Positions 47,483-58,236 are shown, counted from the stretch's first letter. The stretch: DNA of 64,000 nt from an uncultured Parcubacteria group bacterium (GCA_947084965.1 CAMTUG010000004.1:23490-87489); one strand, 5' to 3'. Numbers and translations are program-made. Notes: generated by a model from the sequence alone, not told the origin.

Positions 47483-48817
47483 TTACACGATGCTGGGTAA
47501 CTGCACGAGCGACGTTTCCCGGCCAAGCAGAAGATCTTCGATGCGGTACGTCCCGTGGGTCGGCGCTTCGACGAGCCCGTTCCAGGCTGCCCGTGCCAGG
47601 CCGCCGGAAGCGATCCAATCAAAGATCCATTCGTTAGCATAGCGCACATCATCTTGCATCACCCCACCGCCAACGTACTTGAGCCAAGTGGCGTTAAATT
47701 GCTCCTGTACTCCGAGCGGATTGCTCATGATGATCGGCAAGCCGAGGGCCGTGTAAAATGCCAGTTCGCTCGGCTTAGTCCATAAAATATCTGTGTCGTG
47801 CAGGGCGTGATTAAACTGAGCAAAATACTCCGCACGATCGTGACTAAAAATAAACTCGACCCCATGTTTGATATTCAACTCTTTGAGCGTCTGTTGATAA
47901 TAACGCAGAACGTCCGAGCGCGTCCCGGCAGATAATCGGATCTTCACCTCTCCACGCTTCAATCGCATTGCCATGCTCTTTAAAATCTCACGCCCGACGC
48001 CACGTTGAGCGCCGGCGCCGCCAACGGCATACAAGATTGTGAGAATATGCGATTTGCGATAGGAACAAGCTGAGGCACCGAGCGTCGCGGCGATCGTTTT
48101 CCTATGACGATCAAGAAAGAGTTCGTTTGGATCCAGGTTGCACAAACGCGCGAGGAGATCATGACGAATCACCGTGCTTCGTTCCCCGCCGATCAACTCT
48201 TTGGGAAGCGGAAAACCGGTGAGATGCAGTTGATTCTCACGGACACCGTAGAGCGCCAGCCGCTCCATCAACCGACCGTTGGCGCACAAGTACTTTATGC
48301 GTGACTGTTTGGAGTCCATCGGCACCCAAGCACGGGCAACGTCTGCATCTGTTGGCACGCACCAGATGTCACCGGGATAGCCATGCACCTCCATAGCAAA
48401 GGCCGGGACAGGATGCGTACAAATGACCGGAAGCGGGTTGACTTCAAGGGTGCGCACCAGGTGCTTGCCAAGCCCATTATGAATCATCCGATATGCCTGG
48501 CGCAAAGCAAAGTTTGCTTTGGACAGATCACGGCGCGGATAAAACTTGGGGATCTCTTCAATCTTGGCGATCGGCGCAAATAAAATACCCCCGACGATCG
48601 GGGTCGTGTGCAGACGCGACATCGCTTCGTACAGTTCGCGCATCTCCTTCCAGGTTTTGCGATCCGACGCTGGAATTCCAGGATAATTGTTACTCGTAGT
48701 TACAACTCCACCAGAAAGGTCCTTAAGTGCGTAAGCCGCGCGGGAATGTCCATACCCCATGTCAACGTCAATGACATGGGCGATCGGGGTTTTAATGCTG
48801 TGGCGATGCTCGGCCAT
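47483..48817 (-). CDS. GT-B fold glycosyltransferase-like protein (tandem paralog)
   Basis: VDMGYGH, DADVARAW, TGFPLP, VGGAGAQ, TKPSE. Confidence 0.75.
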   Translation of the reverse strand: MAEHRHSIKTPIAHVIDVDMGYGHSRAAYALKDLSGGVVTTSNNYPGIPASDRKTWKEMRELYEAMSRLHTTPIVGGILFAPIAKIEEIPKFYPRRDLSKANFALRQAYRMIHNGLGKHLVRTLEVNPLPVICTHPVPAFAMEVHGYPGDIWCVPTDADVARAWVPMDSKQSRIKYLCANGRLMERLALYGVRENQLHLTGFPLPKELIGGERSTVIRHDLLARLCNLDPNELFLDRHRKTIAATLGASACSYRKSHILTILYAVGGAGAQRGVGREILKSMAMRLKRGEVKIRLSAGTRSDVLRYYQQTLKELNIKHGVEFIFSHDRAEYFAQFNHALHDTDILWTKPSELAFYTALGLPIIMSNPLGVQEQFNATWLKYVGGGVMQDDVRYANEWIFDWIASGGLARAAWNGLVEAPTHGTYRIEDLLLGRETSLVQLPSIV

Positions 48818-48855
48818 GCTCTTCAGATACTGTGTTAACTCATGTCATGTTCGAC

Positions 48856-49344
48856 CTATTCTGGAGGGAGGATATTTATACTTTTGGGCAAATCACGATC
48901 ATTAACAGGCACGACTTGGGCCGGTTTTTGATTCACCTCCGAGCGCCATTCAAAGTCGTGATCGTTTCCATGGCGCGGTACAAATGCAGATTTTGGAAAG
49001 ACGTACACGTATGCCGTCCGCCCCTTTACCGAATCCAGCGCCAATTGTGTTGCTGACATCTGGAGCGTCCCATCGTTCGCTTGGCCGAAACTATGCGAGT
49101 CATCACGTACCAAGGCATGAAAAATCGCCATATCTGCATATGGTGTTGTCGCGACAGCCGGAGGACCGTCGTTCTGCTTAACATCATCTACCCAAGTAGT
49201 GCCTTGAAAAGGTACAAGTTCAGGAATGTCGGGTTTGTCGGATCCGTGAAAAACAAAATCCCCGGACCTTTCTAGCTCATGAAGAAGCTTTGCCCCCTCA
49301 CCCACCTCGCGAACTTCTGAAAACCCAGTGAATGTTTCTGGCAT
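48856..49344 (-). CDS. Hypothetical protein
   Basis: FVFHGS, AIFHAL, YVYVF, EWRS motifs; fold uncertain. Confidence 0.65.
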   Translation of the reverse strand: MPETFTGFSEVREVGEGAKLLHELERSGDFVFHGSDKPDIPELVPFQGTTWVDDVKQNDGPPAVATTPYADMAIFHALVRDDSHSFGQANDGTLQMSATQLALDSVKGRTAYVYVFPKSAFVPRHGNDHDFEWRSEVNQKPAQVVPVNDRDLPKSINILPPE

Positions 49345-49381
49345 AGATTCTAAATGTTTGATGCCAGTATTTTACCATAAA

Positions 49382-49411
49382 CAAAAACTCCTGCCGTAGC
49401 AGGAGTTTTTG
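49382..49411 (-). terminator. Intrinsic terminator
   Basis: CAAAAACTCCTGC-cgta-GCAGGAGTTTTTG. Confidence 0.8.
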
Positions 49412-49423
49412 GTGCCGGCTCGA

Positions 49424-49672
49424 TTACTCGCGAGGAGCTTTCGGGCGGGCGACATCGAGGTGGATCGGGCGTCCATCGATTTCGGTGCCATCGAGTTCAG
49501 AAATTGCTTTCTGAGCTTCTTCGGCGGTCGAAAAAGTGACGAACCCGAAACCCTTCTTCATTGGGACGTACACGTCGGTCACGGATCCAACGCCAGCAAA
49601 GTGGTCGCGGACCATGTCCTCGGTTGCGCCGAATGAGAGGTTCCCGATGAACAGACGATTTCCGTTGTCCAT
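49424..49672 (-). CDS. RRM RNA-binding protein
   Basis: RNP2 LFIGNL, RNP1 KGFGFVTF; start MDNGN. Confidence 0.92.
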   Translation of the reverse strand: MDNGNRLFIGNLSFGATEDMVRDHFAGVGSVTDVYVPMKKGFGFVTFSTAEEAQKAISELDGTEIDGRPIHLDVARPKAPRE

Positions 49673-49768
49673 AGTTCGGTAATAGGGTCTTTGGCTCCGG
49701 CATCGAACGAGGAAATCGTCGATCGGTGGCTTAGGTACCCGGTGAATTATGGCCACAGTGTAACACGA

Positions 49769-50827
49769 TCAACCCTTTTTGTCAACGGCTGGACCTGTTT
49801 TCACGTCAATCAGGCGCTTTTTAGCCACTTGGAGTAATTCCCGCCCGCCGTGGACGATACCGGCCGTGACGAACAACGCATCACGCAAACGGATAATGAG
49901 GACAAGGGCAACGGCATTAATCGGAATACCAAGCAAAGCAAAGATCGCCGTATTCCCTGCTTCTAGGAACCCAAGCCCAGACGGAACCGGGATCAGCAGG
50001 GCGAGCCCAGGGATCGTTGCTGTCAGGAACGCCTGACCAAAGGTAATATCCACCCCGAGGAAATGAGCGATGAATAATTGTTCGACCGCTTTAAACGAGG
50101 TCATCACGAGCGAAAGGAAAAGAAGCCAGATAAGGATCAGCGGTTTCTTTCCCATGAACTTGGTCATCTCCCCTTCCATGCTCAGAATCCAATGGTCGAA
50201 CTTCTGCAGACGCTTAATGCGATCAAGGCGCAAAACACGAATCGCCGTGCCAAAAAATCCTTTACCCGTCACCGTGGCGTAATAAAACGCCGCCATGATG
50301 AGGGCGATGCTGCCGAGCATCACGATCGCGAGAAGCTTTAAATTTCCAAGGGCAACCCCTTCAGTCACCGCCAGAACAACCCCAAGGCCAACAAAGAGAA
50401 TAAATGCCACCAATTCAAATGCGATATCAATGATCACTGAGCTTGTGGCTCGATCCGTTGACACGCCGTCTTTGGCAAGAAGCGCCACCCGAATCGGCTC
50501 ACTCCCAACAAAAGAAAGTGGCAAAAGATTCACCCCAGCAAAGCCAGACATACGGTGCATGTACAGCCGCCAGAATCCGATCCGCTGCGACTTGGGCTGG
50601 CCGTCGTTCACAATGTATTGCCAACGATAGGTGTACAAAGCGAAGTTCACGAGAGAAATCGTCACGAATCCACAAAACGGAAGAAGCCCGAATCCGATGA
50701 TCGTCGAAAGTACCGTGTCGACCCCCTCCCGCGCGACCAGAACGCCAAAAATCGTTGCTCCAACGAGAAAGAGCAGAACAAGAAGGATCGCTTGCCGAGT
50801 GGTCGTGCCAAGAACGTTCATAGGCAT
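49769..50827 (-). CDS. Flippase-like (LPG synthase TM domain) membrane protein
   Basis: RWQ, GSEPIR, IPVPSGLGFLEA, multiple TM helices. Confidence 0.85.
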   Translation of the reverse strand: MPMNVLGTTTRQAILLVLLFLVGATIFGVLVAREGVDTVLSTIIGFGLLPFCGFVTISLVNFALYTYRWQYIVNDGQPKSQRIGFWRLYMHRMSGFAGVNLLPLSFVGSEPIRVALLAKDGVSTDRATSSVIIDIAFELVAFILFVGLGVVLAVTEGVALGNLKLLAIVMLGSIALIMAAFYYATVTGKGFFGTAIRVLRLDRIKRLQKFDHWILSMEGEMTKFMGKKPLILIWLLFLSLVMTSFKAVEQLFIAHFLGVDITFGQAFLTATIPGLALLIPVPSGLGFLEAGNTAIFALLGIPINAVALVLIIRLRDALFVTAGIVHGGRELLQVAKKRLIDVKTGPAVDKKG

Positions 50828-50839
50828 AGTGTATCAAAA

Positions 50840-50875
50840 CAAAAGGAACGGAGCACATAGCCCCGTTCCCCTTTG
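50840..50875 (-). terminator. Intrinsic terminator after HU gene
   Basis: GGAACGGGGC-tatgt-GCTCCGTTCC-TTTTG on the minus strand. Confidence 0.7.
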
Positions 50876-50883
50876 CTTGTCGA

Positions 50884-51165
50884 TTAAAGGACAGCGTCCT
50901 TTGCCGCTTTGGCAACACGGAACTTGACGACCGTCTTGGCTGGGATCTGGATCGTTTCGCCGGTCGCTGGATTGCGGCCCTGGCGTGCGGCACGGTGCAC
51001 TTTGACGAGCTTACCGATGCCAGCAACGACGAATTCCCCGCTTCCTTTGACCTCTTTATAAGCCATTTCAACAAGGGCGTCCATAAATTCGCCGACCTGC
51101 TTCTTGGTCATACCGGTCTTTTCCGCGAGCGACTGGAGCATCTGGGACTTGGTCATCTTTGCCAT
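50884..51165 (-). CDS. hup: Histone-like DNA-binding protein HU
   Basis: MTKSQ, RAARQGRNPATGETIQIPAK, KFRVAK. Confidence 0.95.
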   Translation of the reverse strand: MAKMTKSQMLQSLAEKTGMTKKQVGEFMDALVEMAYKEVKGSGEFVVAGIGKLVKVHRAARQGRNPATGETIQIPAKTVVKFRVAKAAKDAVL

Positions 51166-51226
51166 ACGAGTAAACGTTAATGATTCTGGGGATTAGTATA
51201 ACAGGGGGCCTATTTCTTGGGAAGAT

Positions 51227-54200
51227 CTAGCGTCTAGCCGTCGCCTGCATCGCCGCTTTGGTCGCTGCCCAGTCCGCGGCACTCTCTGCCGGGATCTTGA
51301 CATTATTTTCAACGTCCTGAATAGCGATCGAAACGATCCTTTCAGGGGTGTCGTGCCCTAAAACGTTCGGATTTGGGGCATAAGACCTTACCGGGTCTTC
51401 CACCGCACGCATCATCCCCGCCAGTTCTTTTTCTCGTGTTGCGATCAGTTTGGAAACTTGGCGTACAAACCGCCCATCTCCCGCGCTCTGATCAAGAACC
51501 GTGCGCCCCTCGAAGTTGTGCAAGGTCGCACGTAGTGCCGCAACTTCCCGCTCGCGGGATGATGCTTCGGCCAACAGCATCGCTTCTTGTTCTGGCGTGT
51601 ACTTATCTGCCGGGAAATCGATCGCCCCTTCTGCCTCTCTAGAAACCTCAGTGATCGCCGCAGCTTCGGCGGTTGCAGGAACTTCTCTGTACGTACCAGC
51701 CCAAGGATCCTCTTCGATCTTCATCCACGGACTTCCAGGGGCGATCGGCACTTCACGCGTTCCAGGGATAAATTCCACAGGTTTGGAAGCGATCTCGTTC
51801 CATGTGGCGATACGTTCCGCTTGTTGTGCGTCAAATTCCGCTTGTGTCATTGGCTCTCCGGAATCGGTCTGAGCCAGTGGTGCACCCCCTTCACTGGCGC
51901 CAAGCGATGAAGCATCTGCACCCCCTCCGGTCACCGTTGTCGATTCTCCCGTCGCTCCTGGGGCTGCAACGGCCTCTGGCTCCCCCTCAATCGGCTTCAT
52001 CAAGAATCGTGACGATTCTTCCGGCGAAAGGACGCTCCCATCTTTCAGGTCAATAAAACGCACGTGATACTCCCCATCTGCCTTCGTCAACACGACCGCG
52101 GCATTTTCAACCGATCCCTTATTCAACCAAGCGTCTGACATCCCGTTTGCATCAGCGATTTCAAACGCCTTTTTCATGGCAAACAGATGGACCGCACCTT
52201 GGTTGTTTAAGTCACCTTTGAATCCCATTGCTTGAAGCTGAGCGCTGTCGAGCTGTTCAATCTGACGGGTCAGAACGGTCGTAATACCGTCCCCACCTTT
52301 AACTTCTGAAACAACACGCAATACTTCTGACTTCGCAAGAGCAACGGTCTCCCCGCCTTTAAGATTGACGTTCAATTCCGTGTCCGTCACCGTTGCACTT
52401 CCGCCTTGTTCTACTGTGGCGGCGACAACAGCTTCGCCTGAGTCGGCAGGGGCGGCAGTGGCAGCAGCTTCGGCTGGCGCCTCTGCGGCTGGCGGCGCGG
52501 CGGACTCAACCGGAACTGGCGGCTCAAGCGGCGGAGCCTCTGTTCCTGCCGGTGGCGCTTCAAGATCGCTGGACAGAGCAGGTGCTGGAGCATCAGGATG
52601 TGCGGCGCTTTCCGCGCCGCTCGGCTCGGCACCCTCGAACGCCTTGGCAAGATCTGCCGCCGACGGCGAATGACCAGATTCTGCAAAACTCGCGACCAAA
52701 TCGGAGATGCGATCAGCACTGATCACACCTAAGCTGACATATTTCAATCCTGTTCCAACGACAGCGGCCTTGCCGAGCTTGCCTTGTGCCCAGAGAGTCT
52801 TAAGTTCTTTGAAGCCACGAGTAAATGACTCGCCGGCATCTTTTGCCATCCGTGTCGCAGTTGCATTGTCGAATTCGCCCTTGGCCGTGCGCTCGTACTG
52901 AATCTGTTGATAACGATCCCAGAACTGCCCGACGCTAAACGAAACTGAACGCGCCGCGCCAGACACCCCCAACGTCCCGAGGAAGAGGATCGTGTTCGCC
53001 GCCTCTTTGCGCATGGAGATATCTCGCTTTGTCCGTTCTAGAGCCTCGTCGAGAATCGCCTCTACGCGCCTATCATACTCGCGATTGGAAAGGACGAGAT
53101 TCCCCATGATCCCCTCCAACTTTGCCGACAATTCAGCTTTCTTGGTGTCAGTCAAATACTTAGATCCGCTGACAGCAGCCTTTGCGGCATCGATCCGTTC
53201 ATCCAGGGACCTCCCCTCTTTTTGCTTTGCTGATTCAAGCAAACGATCGAGCTCCTTTTGAGTGAAATATGCGCGAGTACCCTCAGTCATCGCTCGTGCA
53301 CCAAAAATCGTTCCGGCAACTTCAAGCACTTTGCGTCCGCGCGCCCAGTTAACGTTTTGGGCTAGTTCCTTTTGCTCTGACTCGGTGAGCTCCCCACGAA
53401 CGTAGGCAGAAAAACGCTTGTCCATCTCTTTGATGACGTCCACTGATTCTGACAGGAAACTCTTGGACTCAAAACCCGGAGGTACAGGTGCGGCCGGCGC
53501 GGCTTCTGGCTTTTTGCCTCCAAACCAGCCTTTGACCCGTGCCAACAAACCGAGTTTCTCAGGAGGCGTCGCCGTCCACGCAGCCAGGTCTGCAAGATCC
53601 GCACGACGCTCAGCAATGGCCGCATTCAGCTCACCGAGTTGAGCATACGTAATTTTTCCGTCAACTTCGGCCTGAGTGACAAGCGTCGTCAGCTCATCGA
53701 GACGATGTTCATCTGTGGCAACCCCGATCCCCATCATAAAGGCATCTTGGGCTTTGACCTGCTCCGCTGTAGGCGGAACCGCTGAAAATCGTCTTTCAAG
53801 AAGCGCCGAGGCACTCGAGACTTCATCAGCATGATCTTTGGTCAACGTCCCAGCACTAATCGCGTCAGCAAATTCTTGATTAACCAAATCTAAAGCCGCC
53901 TGATCGGGAGCTGCCGCCACTTTGGCCAGAAGCGCGTCTGCCACACCTCGCGAAGCAACTTCTCCCGAGCGCGCAAGCTCTGCATCAAGCTCAGCTATCT
54001 TTGTTGCAACCTCACCTTCGAGCTGGGCAACAGGGGCATCAGCAACGTTCCACTCTGGCTGCAATCGGGCGATGTCAACCAAAACGGCTCTGGCCTCATC
54101 TGGTGTTTTTGCCTTGTCAATACGGTCGTGAATGCCCGTTATAACCGGTGTAACTAACTCTCCCCATCGAGCATCAATCTGGTCCGCCGCTGCCGTTTTT

Positions 54201-55213
54201 TCATCGTCTGAAATAAGCACACGACCAGCCAATTCAACCAATTTCGTTTCAATAGCCAAAAGATCTGCAAAATTCTTAGCCGCACCAAGATCGCTTAATA
54301 TGCGTTTGATCTGATCGGCCCCGGACTCTACCGTCAGTTTTAACGCATCTTTCCGTGCCCCGATCGCTTTCGTCACTTCACGCGCATCCGTACCAATTAA
54401 TTCGCCTTTGTTAACAAGCTCGGAAAACGCACTCTCTATCGCAGTGAGTTCGTCTGCCGTAGCCGTGGCTAAGCGCCCAAGGAGTTGATCTTTGGCCGCG
54501 CCCGACTCAGCAACTTTATCCACTGAACCGGTAGCCCTGGCCGCGCCAGGATCGGTATCAAGGGTGGGTGGGGCAGAGCTTTTTGCCTTCGTAGCGGCAT
54601 CAGGAGCTTTGGTCGCTGTATCTGGAGAGGGCTTTTCTAGATCAACGATCGATTGCAGACGACGAAGAAATTCGAGACGAGGTTTCCCTGCCAAAACACT
54701 TTCAGCCAAAGAGAGATGCTTCGCCTTTGTACCGGATCTCATCTGTTGAAGCGCATCGTCGATAGCTGCCCTGCGGTCGTCCGGCGAAGTATTTTTACGG
54801 AAGAAGTCGTCGTCCGCGACCATGGCATCAATTTTTGTGTCGGCCGCAGATTTTTCCTCAACAATACTAGGTGCTGCTTCTGCCTCGGCAGGTTCAGGAG
54901 GAGCGGTCGGAGCGGCCTCGGCTTTCGTCGGAGCGGGCAACCCCCCGGACATAATCCGTTCTTTCTCTGTCCTGGCAACTTCAATCATGGTGATATGCGA
55001 AGCAACCTTATCAACCTTCCCTGGTTTAAACTTTGCCTTTAAGGCGTCAGCGGTAATGTCGCCCTTAATAAAGGCGTCAACAAGCGCTTCACGTTCCGGT
55101 TTTGGCGCACTCCAATCGCGAGATCTCAGCAGGTCAGCGCGATGACTTTGGATCGCCGTTTCCGCCTGACCGAGCTCTACTGCAAATATCTCTGCTGGAT
55201 TTTCTCTGTTCAT
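51227..55213 (-). CDS. Giant Ala/Glu/Pro-rich hypothetical protein (1328 aa)
   Basis: Long ORF, helical blocks, low-complexity linkers, central weakly hydrophobic segments. Confidence 0.8.
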   Translation of the reverse strand: MNRENPAEIFAVELGQAETAIQSHRADLLRSRDWSAPKPEREALVDAFIKGDITADALKAKFKPGKVDKVASHITMIEVARTEKERIMSGGLPAPTKAEAAPTAPPEPAEAEAAPSIVEEKSAADTKIDAMVADDDFFRKNTSPDDRRAAIDDALQQMRSGTKAKHLSLAESVLAGKPRLEFLRRLQSIVDLEKPSPDTATKAPDAATKAKSSAPPTLDTDPGAARATGSVDKVAESGAAKDQLLGRLATATADELTAIESAFSELVNKGELIGTDAREVTKAIGARKDALKLTVESGADQIKRILSDLGAAKNFADLLAIETKLVELAGRVLISDDEKTAAADQIDARWGELVTPVITGIHDRIDKAKTPDEARAVLVDIARLQPEWNVADAPVAQLEGEVATKIAELDAELARSGEVASRGVADALLAKVAAAPDQAALDLVNQEFADAISAGTLTKDHADEVSSASALLERRFSAVPPTAEQVKAQDAFMMGIGVATDEHRLDELTTLVTQAEVDGKITYAQLGELNAAIAERRADLADLAAWTATPPEKLGLLARVKGWFGGKKPEAAPAAPVPPGFESKSFLSESVDVIKEMDKRFSAYVRGELTESEQKELAQNVNWARGRKVLEVAGTIFGARAMTEGTRAYFTQKELDRLLESAKQKEGRSLDERIDAAKAAVSGSKYLTDTKKAELSAKLEGIMGNLVLSNREYDRRVEAILDEALERTKRDISMRKEAANTILFLGTLGVSGAARSVSFSVGQFWDRYQQIQYERTAKGEFDNATATRMAKDAGESFTRGFKELKTLWAQGKLGKAAVVGTGLKYVSLGVISADRISDLVASFAESGHSPSAADLAKAFEGAEPSGAESAAHPDAPAPALSSDLEAPPAGTEAPPLEPPVPVESAAPPAAEAPAEAAATAAPADSGEAVVAATVEQGGSATVTDTELNVNLKGGETVALAKSEVLRVVSEVKGGDGITTVLTRQIEQLDSAQLQAMGFKGDLNNQGAVHLFAMKKAFEIADANGMSDAWLNKGSVENAAVVLTKADGEYHVRFIDLKDGSVLSPEESSRFLMKPIEGEPEAVAAPGATGESTTVTGGGADASSLGASEGGAPLAQTDSGEPMTQAEFDAQQAERIATWNEIASKPVEFIPGTREVPIAPGSPWMKIEEDPWAGTYREVPATAEAAAITEVSREAEGAIDFPADKYTPEQEAMLLAEASSREREVAALRATLHNFEGRTVLDQSAGDGRFVRQVSKLIATREKELAGMMRAVEDPVRSYAPNPNVLGHDTPERIVSIAIQDVENNVKIPAESAADWAATKAAMQATARR

Positions 55214-55222
55214 AGATATTCC

Positions 55223-55546
55223 TTACGCCGTTGCTTCGGCTGCTTTTACTTCTTCTAGCACCTCCGCGAGGCCCGACTGTGCCTGGAGGTTAATCATTGC
55301 CATCTTGGCATCATATTCTACCCTCAACGCTTCGAGCTTGACGCGAAGTTCAGCAAGTTCCGGCATCGCCGACTGCTCCACATACCGTTCCAAGACCGTA
55401 GCGAACTTGAGCATCTGATCCAGAGCCATATGCGGAACGAGCCCGGCCCACGCCTCCTTTTGCTCATCGGACAGATTCGAGGCTACGAGCAACTGGGCCA
55501 TGTACTGTCCGAACCCGCGCATCTCTTCTTGCATGTCGTCGGCCAT
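55223..55546 (-). CDS. Small helical hypothetical protein
   Basis: 107-aa ORF, LSDEQKEAW, coiled-coil tail. Confidence 0.7.
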   Translation of the reverse strand: MADDMQEEMRGFGQYMAQLLVASNLSDEQKEAWAGLVPHMALDQMLKFATVLERYVEQSAMPELAELRVKLEALRVEYDAKMAMINLQAQSGLAEVLEEVKAAEATA

Positions 55547-55608
55547 AGAAAAATATTGTGGAATTTAAGAAAATGGTAGCACTAAAAGACCCAAAACAAC
55601 AGTACAAT

Positions 55609-56820
55609 CTAGGCAACACGGCGTAATCCCTCAAAAAGCTCGGTGAGATCATCCACGTAACGATGCATAGCGTACGGGGCAATCGTTGCGCGAACAGCGC
55701 CAGAATTCGCCCAAAGTCGCTCTTTTTGAGCGTCAAGCGTGCGTAACGTCGAAAGCAGATCCTCCCGCTCGCCAGCGGCAAATAGGTACCCGTTGACCCC
55801 TTCCTGAATCAACTCGGCCACCCCGCCGATGTCAGAGGCAACAACAGGCAGACCGGCCTCAAGCGCTTCGTATATGACGGTCGGTGAATTTTCATAACAC
55901 AAGGACGGGACGACTAGGGCGTCCGCCATCTCGAACAGCTTGATCAACTGGGTCATCGCCAGGTAGCCGACGTAAATAGTGCGCTTGTCCTGGCGAGCCT
56001 TATCCTTCACCCATTTGCCGATCGACCCTTCGCCAGCGATCGACAGCTCCCAGGGAATCTCCAGCTTTTCAAGTCCGTCCATCAAAAAGCGGATCCCTTT
56101 GTGCTCTTCGAGCTGACCGACAAAGAGCAGACGCAGGGGCCCGTTTTGACGCACGGTCCGTTCGATTGACGCCATAATCGGAGCGGGATTGGGCATGACC
56201 GTTACTTCGCTGTGGCAAAAAAACCCGCGCGCCTCGTAAAATTCTTTCAAAAACTTGGACGGAGAGATGACCAGCGTCGGCGAGTCGAACAGGAGGCGAC
56301 AGATCTGGGTGTAGATCCAACGGCCGATGCGCATGCAGCAAGCGCCTTTTTCCCGTCCGGCGATAATCAACCCACTGGGAACCGACAGTTGTACGTCGTG
56401 CACCTGATGGACGTGGGGGATGCCAAGACCGCGGAGAAACAACGGGATCGTCAAGCCGATCCCTTTTAGATTATGTGTCCAAATAACGTCCGGACGCTCG
56501 TGCTTCATCACCTGGCGTACAAAATACCCGTTGAGCGGATTGAACATGTCGATCAGATGCCAGCAGAGGCGGACGAGCGCTGGGTGTCTGTTGTCGCGCA
56601 GCGAGTGATAGACGTTCAACGGAAAAAATCGGTAGACCTGTTCGGTCGCCGTCGTCTCAAGCTTGGGCGTTAACGTCGAAAATCCGCCGAACGGTTTGCT
56701 GGTGACCACGATCACTTCATGGCCGCGGGCCAACAACTCGGTCACCGTCCGAGTAATGACGACCTCCGCCCCACCGCGCGCGTAGGGAGGATATAAATTC
56801 GTCACAATGGCAATCTTCAT
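55609..56820 (-). CDS. Glycosyltransferase family 4
   Basis: MKIAIVTNLYPP..GGAE, FVGQL..HKG, ENSP..IYEA, GGVAE. Confidence 0.92.
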   Translation of the reverse strand: MKIAIVTNLYPPYARGGAEVVITRTVTELLARGHEVIVVTSKPFGGFSTLTPKLETTATEQVYRFFPLNVYHSLRDNRHPALVRLCWHLIDMFNPLNGYFVRQVMKHERPDVIWTHNLKGIGLTIPLFLRGLGIPHVHQVHDVQLSVPSGLIIAGREKGACCMRIGRWIYTQICRLLFDSPTLVISPSKFLKEFYEARGFFCHSEVTVMPNPAPIMASIERTVRQNGPLRLLFVGQLEEHKGIRFLMDGLEKLEIPWELSIAGEGSIGKWVKDKARQDKRTIYVGYLAMTQLIKLFEMADALVVPSLCYENSPTVIYEALEAGLPVVASDIGGVAELIQEGVNGYLFAAGEREDLLSTLRTLDAQKERLWANSGAVRATIAPYAMHRYVDDLTELFEGLRRVA

Positions 56821-56844
56821 AGCACCTCTTCTTTCCTTTTACCT

Positions 56845-57891
56845 CTAACCTCTTTCTTTATAAACCTCAAGAATCCGATCAATAATACCATCCCACGCAT
56901 ATACAGAAAGACAACGCTCCCGTGCTGACCGACCCAGTTTCTCACGAAGGGCACGATCGTTCAACAGCCGATCGATCGCGGTCGCCAACGCTTGCGCATC
57001 GCCAGGCGGGACGAGCAAACCAGTCACTTCGTCCTTCACAACCGTCCGAACCCCCGGCAAGTCCGAGGCAATAGTCGGGATTCCGCTTGCAGCGGCTTCG
57101 AGAGCGACGAGCCCAAACGCCTCCGCCCGAGACGTGGAAGGAAAAAGATGAATATCTGCGCCGCGATAGTATTCCGGAAGGGCCTCGGGACTGACGGCAC
57201 CGACAAACTCCACGTTCTGACGACCACCGAGCGCTTGTGCCGTGGCCTCAAAGCTCGCCCGAAGATTCCCATCGCCAACGATCGTTAATCGCCACGGATT
57301 TTTAATGAGCGGTAACGCCTCGAGTAAAACAGGCAATCCTTTGAAGATGTGCGCAGAGTCGAGGCCGCCAACAAAAATCATCTTTGGAGCTTGATCAACA
57401 CGCTCAGTGTGCTCAGCTGGAGTGAATCGATCCGTGTCGACACCGAATGGAAGCTCGTGCAACGGGAGGGCCTGCATCGTACGCAACGAGCAGTTCGATG
57501 CATAATCTTTCGAGCTGACGAGAATCACGTCTGCCGTGCGGAGAATCCAAGGCTGAAGCAGCTTGCGATGCCAATCAAAGATCATGCCCTTAAACCCTGG
57601 TGCAACGGCATCCATGTGAAACGTGATGACGAGACGATTGATCCACCTGAGCTTTTTTGCAATCGCCACCAGCTCTGCTGTGCCGTAAAAGGGATAGTGC
57701 AGGTGAACGACGTCGTACGCCTTCAGTCGCCACAGCGGGAAAAAAAGTCCGGCGTTCATCACTTTGAACGTCGGGCCGATGACATCAACCGCATGACCGC
57801 GCTCGCGCAAACGCGTCGCATATTCCATCACCGCGGTCGTGATCCCGCTTTTGTAAGGCGGCACCACCGGTGTCAGCATCGCGATCTTCAT
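56845..57891 (-). CDS. Glycosyltransferase family 4
   Basis: HLHYP, FKGL, EAFGLVALEA. Confidence 0.92.
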   Translation of the reverse strand: MKIAMLTPVVPPYKSGITTAVMEYATRLRERGHAVDVIGPTFKVMNAGLFFPLWRLKAYDVVHLHYPFYGTAELVAIAKKLRWINRLVITFHMDAVAPGFKGMIFDWHRKLLQPWILRTADVILVSSKDYASNCSLRTMQALPLHELPFGVDTDRFTPAEHTERVDQAPKMIFVGGLDSAHIFKGLPVLLEALPLIKNPWRLTIVGDGNLRASFEATAQALGGRQNVEFVGAVSPEALPEYYRGADIHLFPSTSRAEAFGLVALEAAASGIPTIASDLPGVRTVVKDEVTGLLVPPGDAQALATAIDRLLNDRALREKLGRSARERCLSVYAWDGIIDRILEVYKERG

Positions 57892-57892
57892 A

Positions 57893-58234
57893 CTACTTCT
57901 TTGGTTCCGGTTCCTTGGCGTTATCAATGGCGAGTTTGCGTACTAACTCCGTAAGCTCCTCTCGGGACTTCTCAAGAGCGATCGTATGAGAAAGAGTGGC
58001 AATAAACAGAATCACAAGGGATGAATAGACAACCAAATCTGCACCACGGCCGACCCCAGCGATATTTGCAAGAAAATCCGTGATACCTGGATTCAGAACC
58101 ACAACCACGACAGCCGCAGAAAAAAGCGTGCACACAGAAAGCCAGCTGAAGCTCACTTTCTTTGTCCGATATTGTCCGAAAATCCGCAAAAAGAATGCCG
58201 ATGCAGCGATAATCAAAAGAATTCTAAATAGCAT
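57893..58234 (-). CDS. DUF2304 family membrane protein
   Basis: GVGRGADLVVY, LTELVRKLAI. Confidence 0.85.
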   Translation of the reverse strand: MLFRILLIIAASAFFLRIFGQYRTKKVSFSWLSVCTLFSAAVVVVVLNPGITDFLANIAGVGRGADLVVYSSLVILFIATLSHTIALEKSREELTELVRKLAIDNAKEPEPKK

Positions 58235-58236
58235 AC

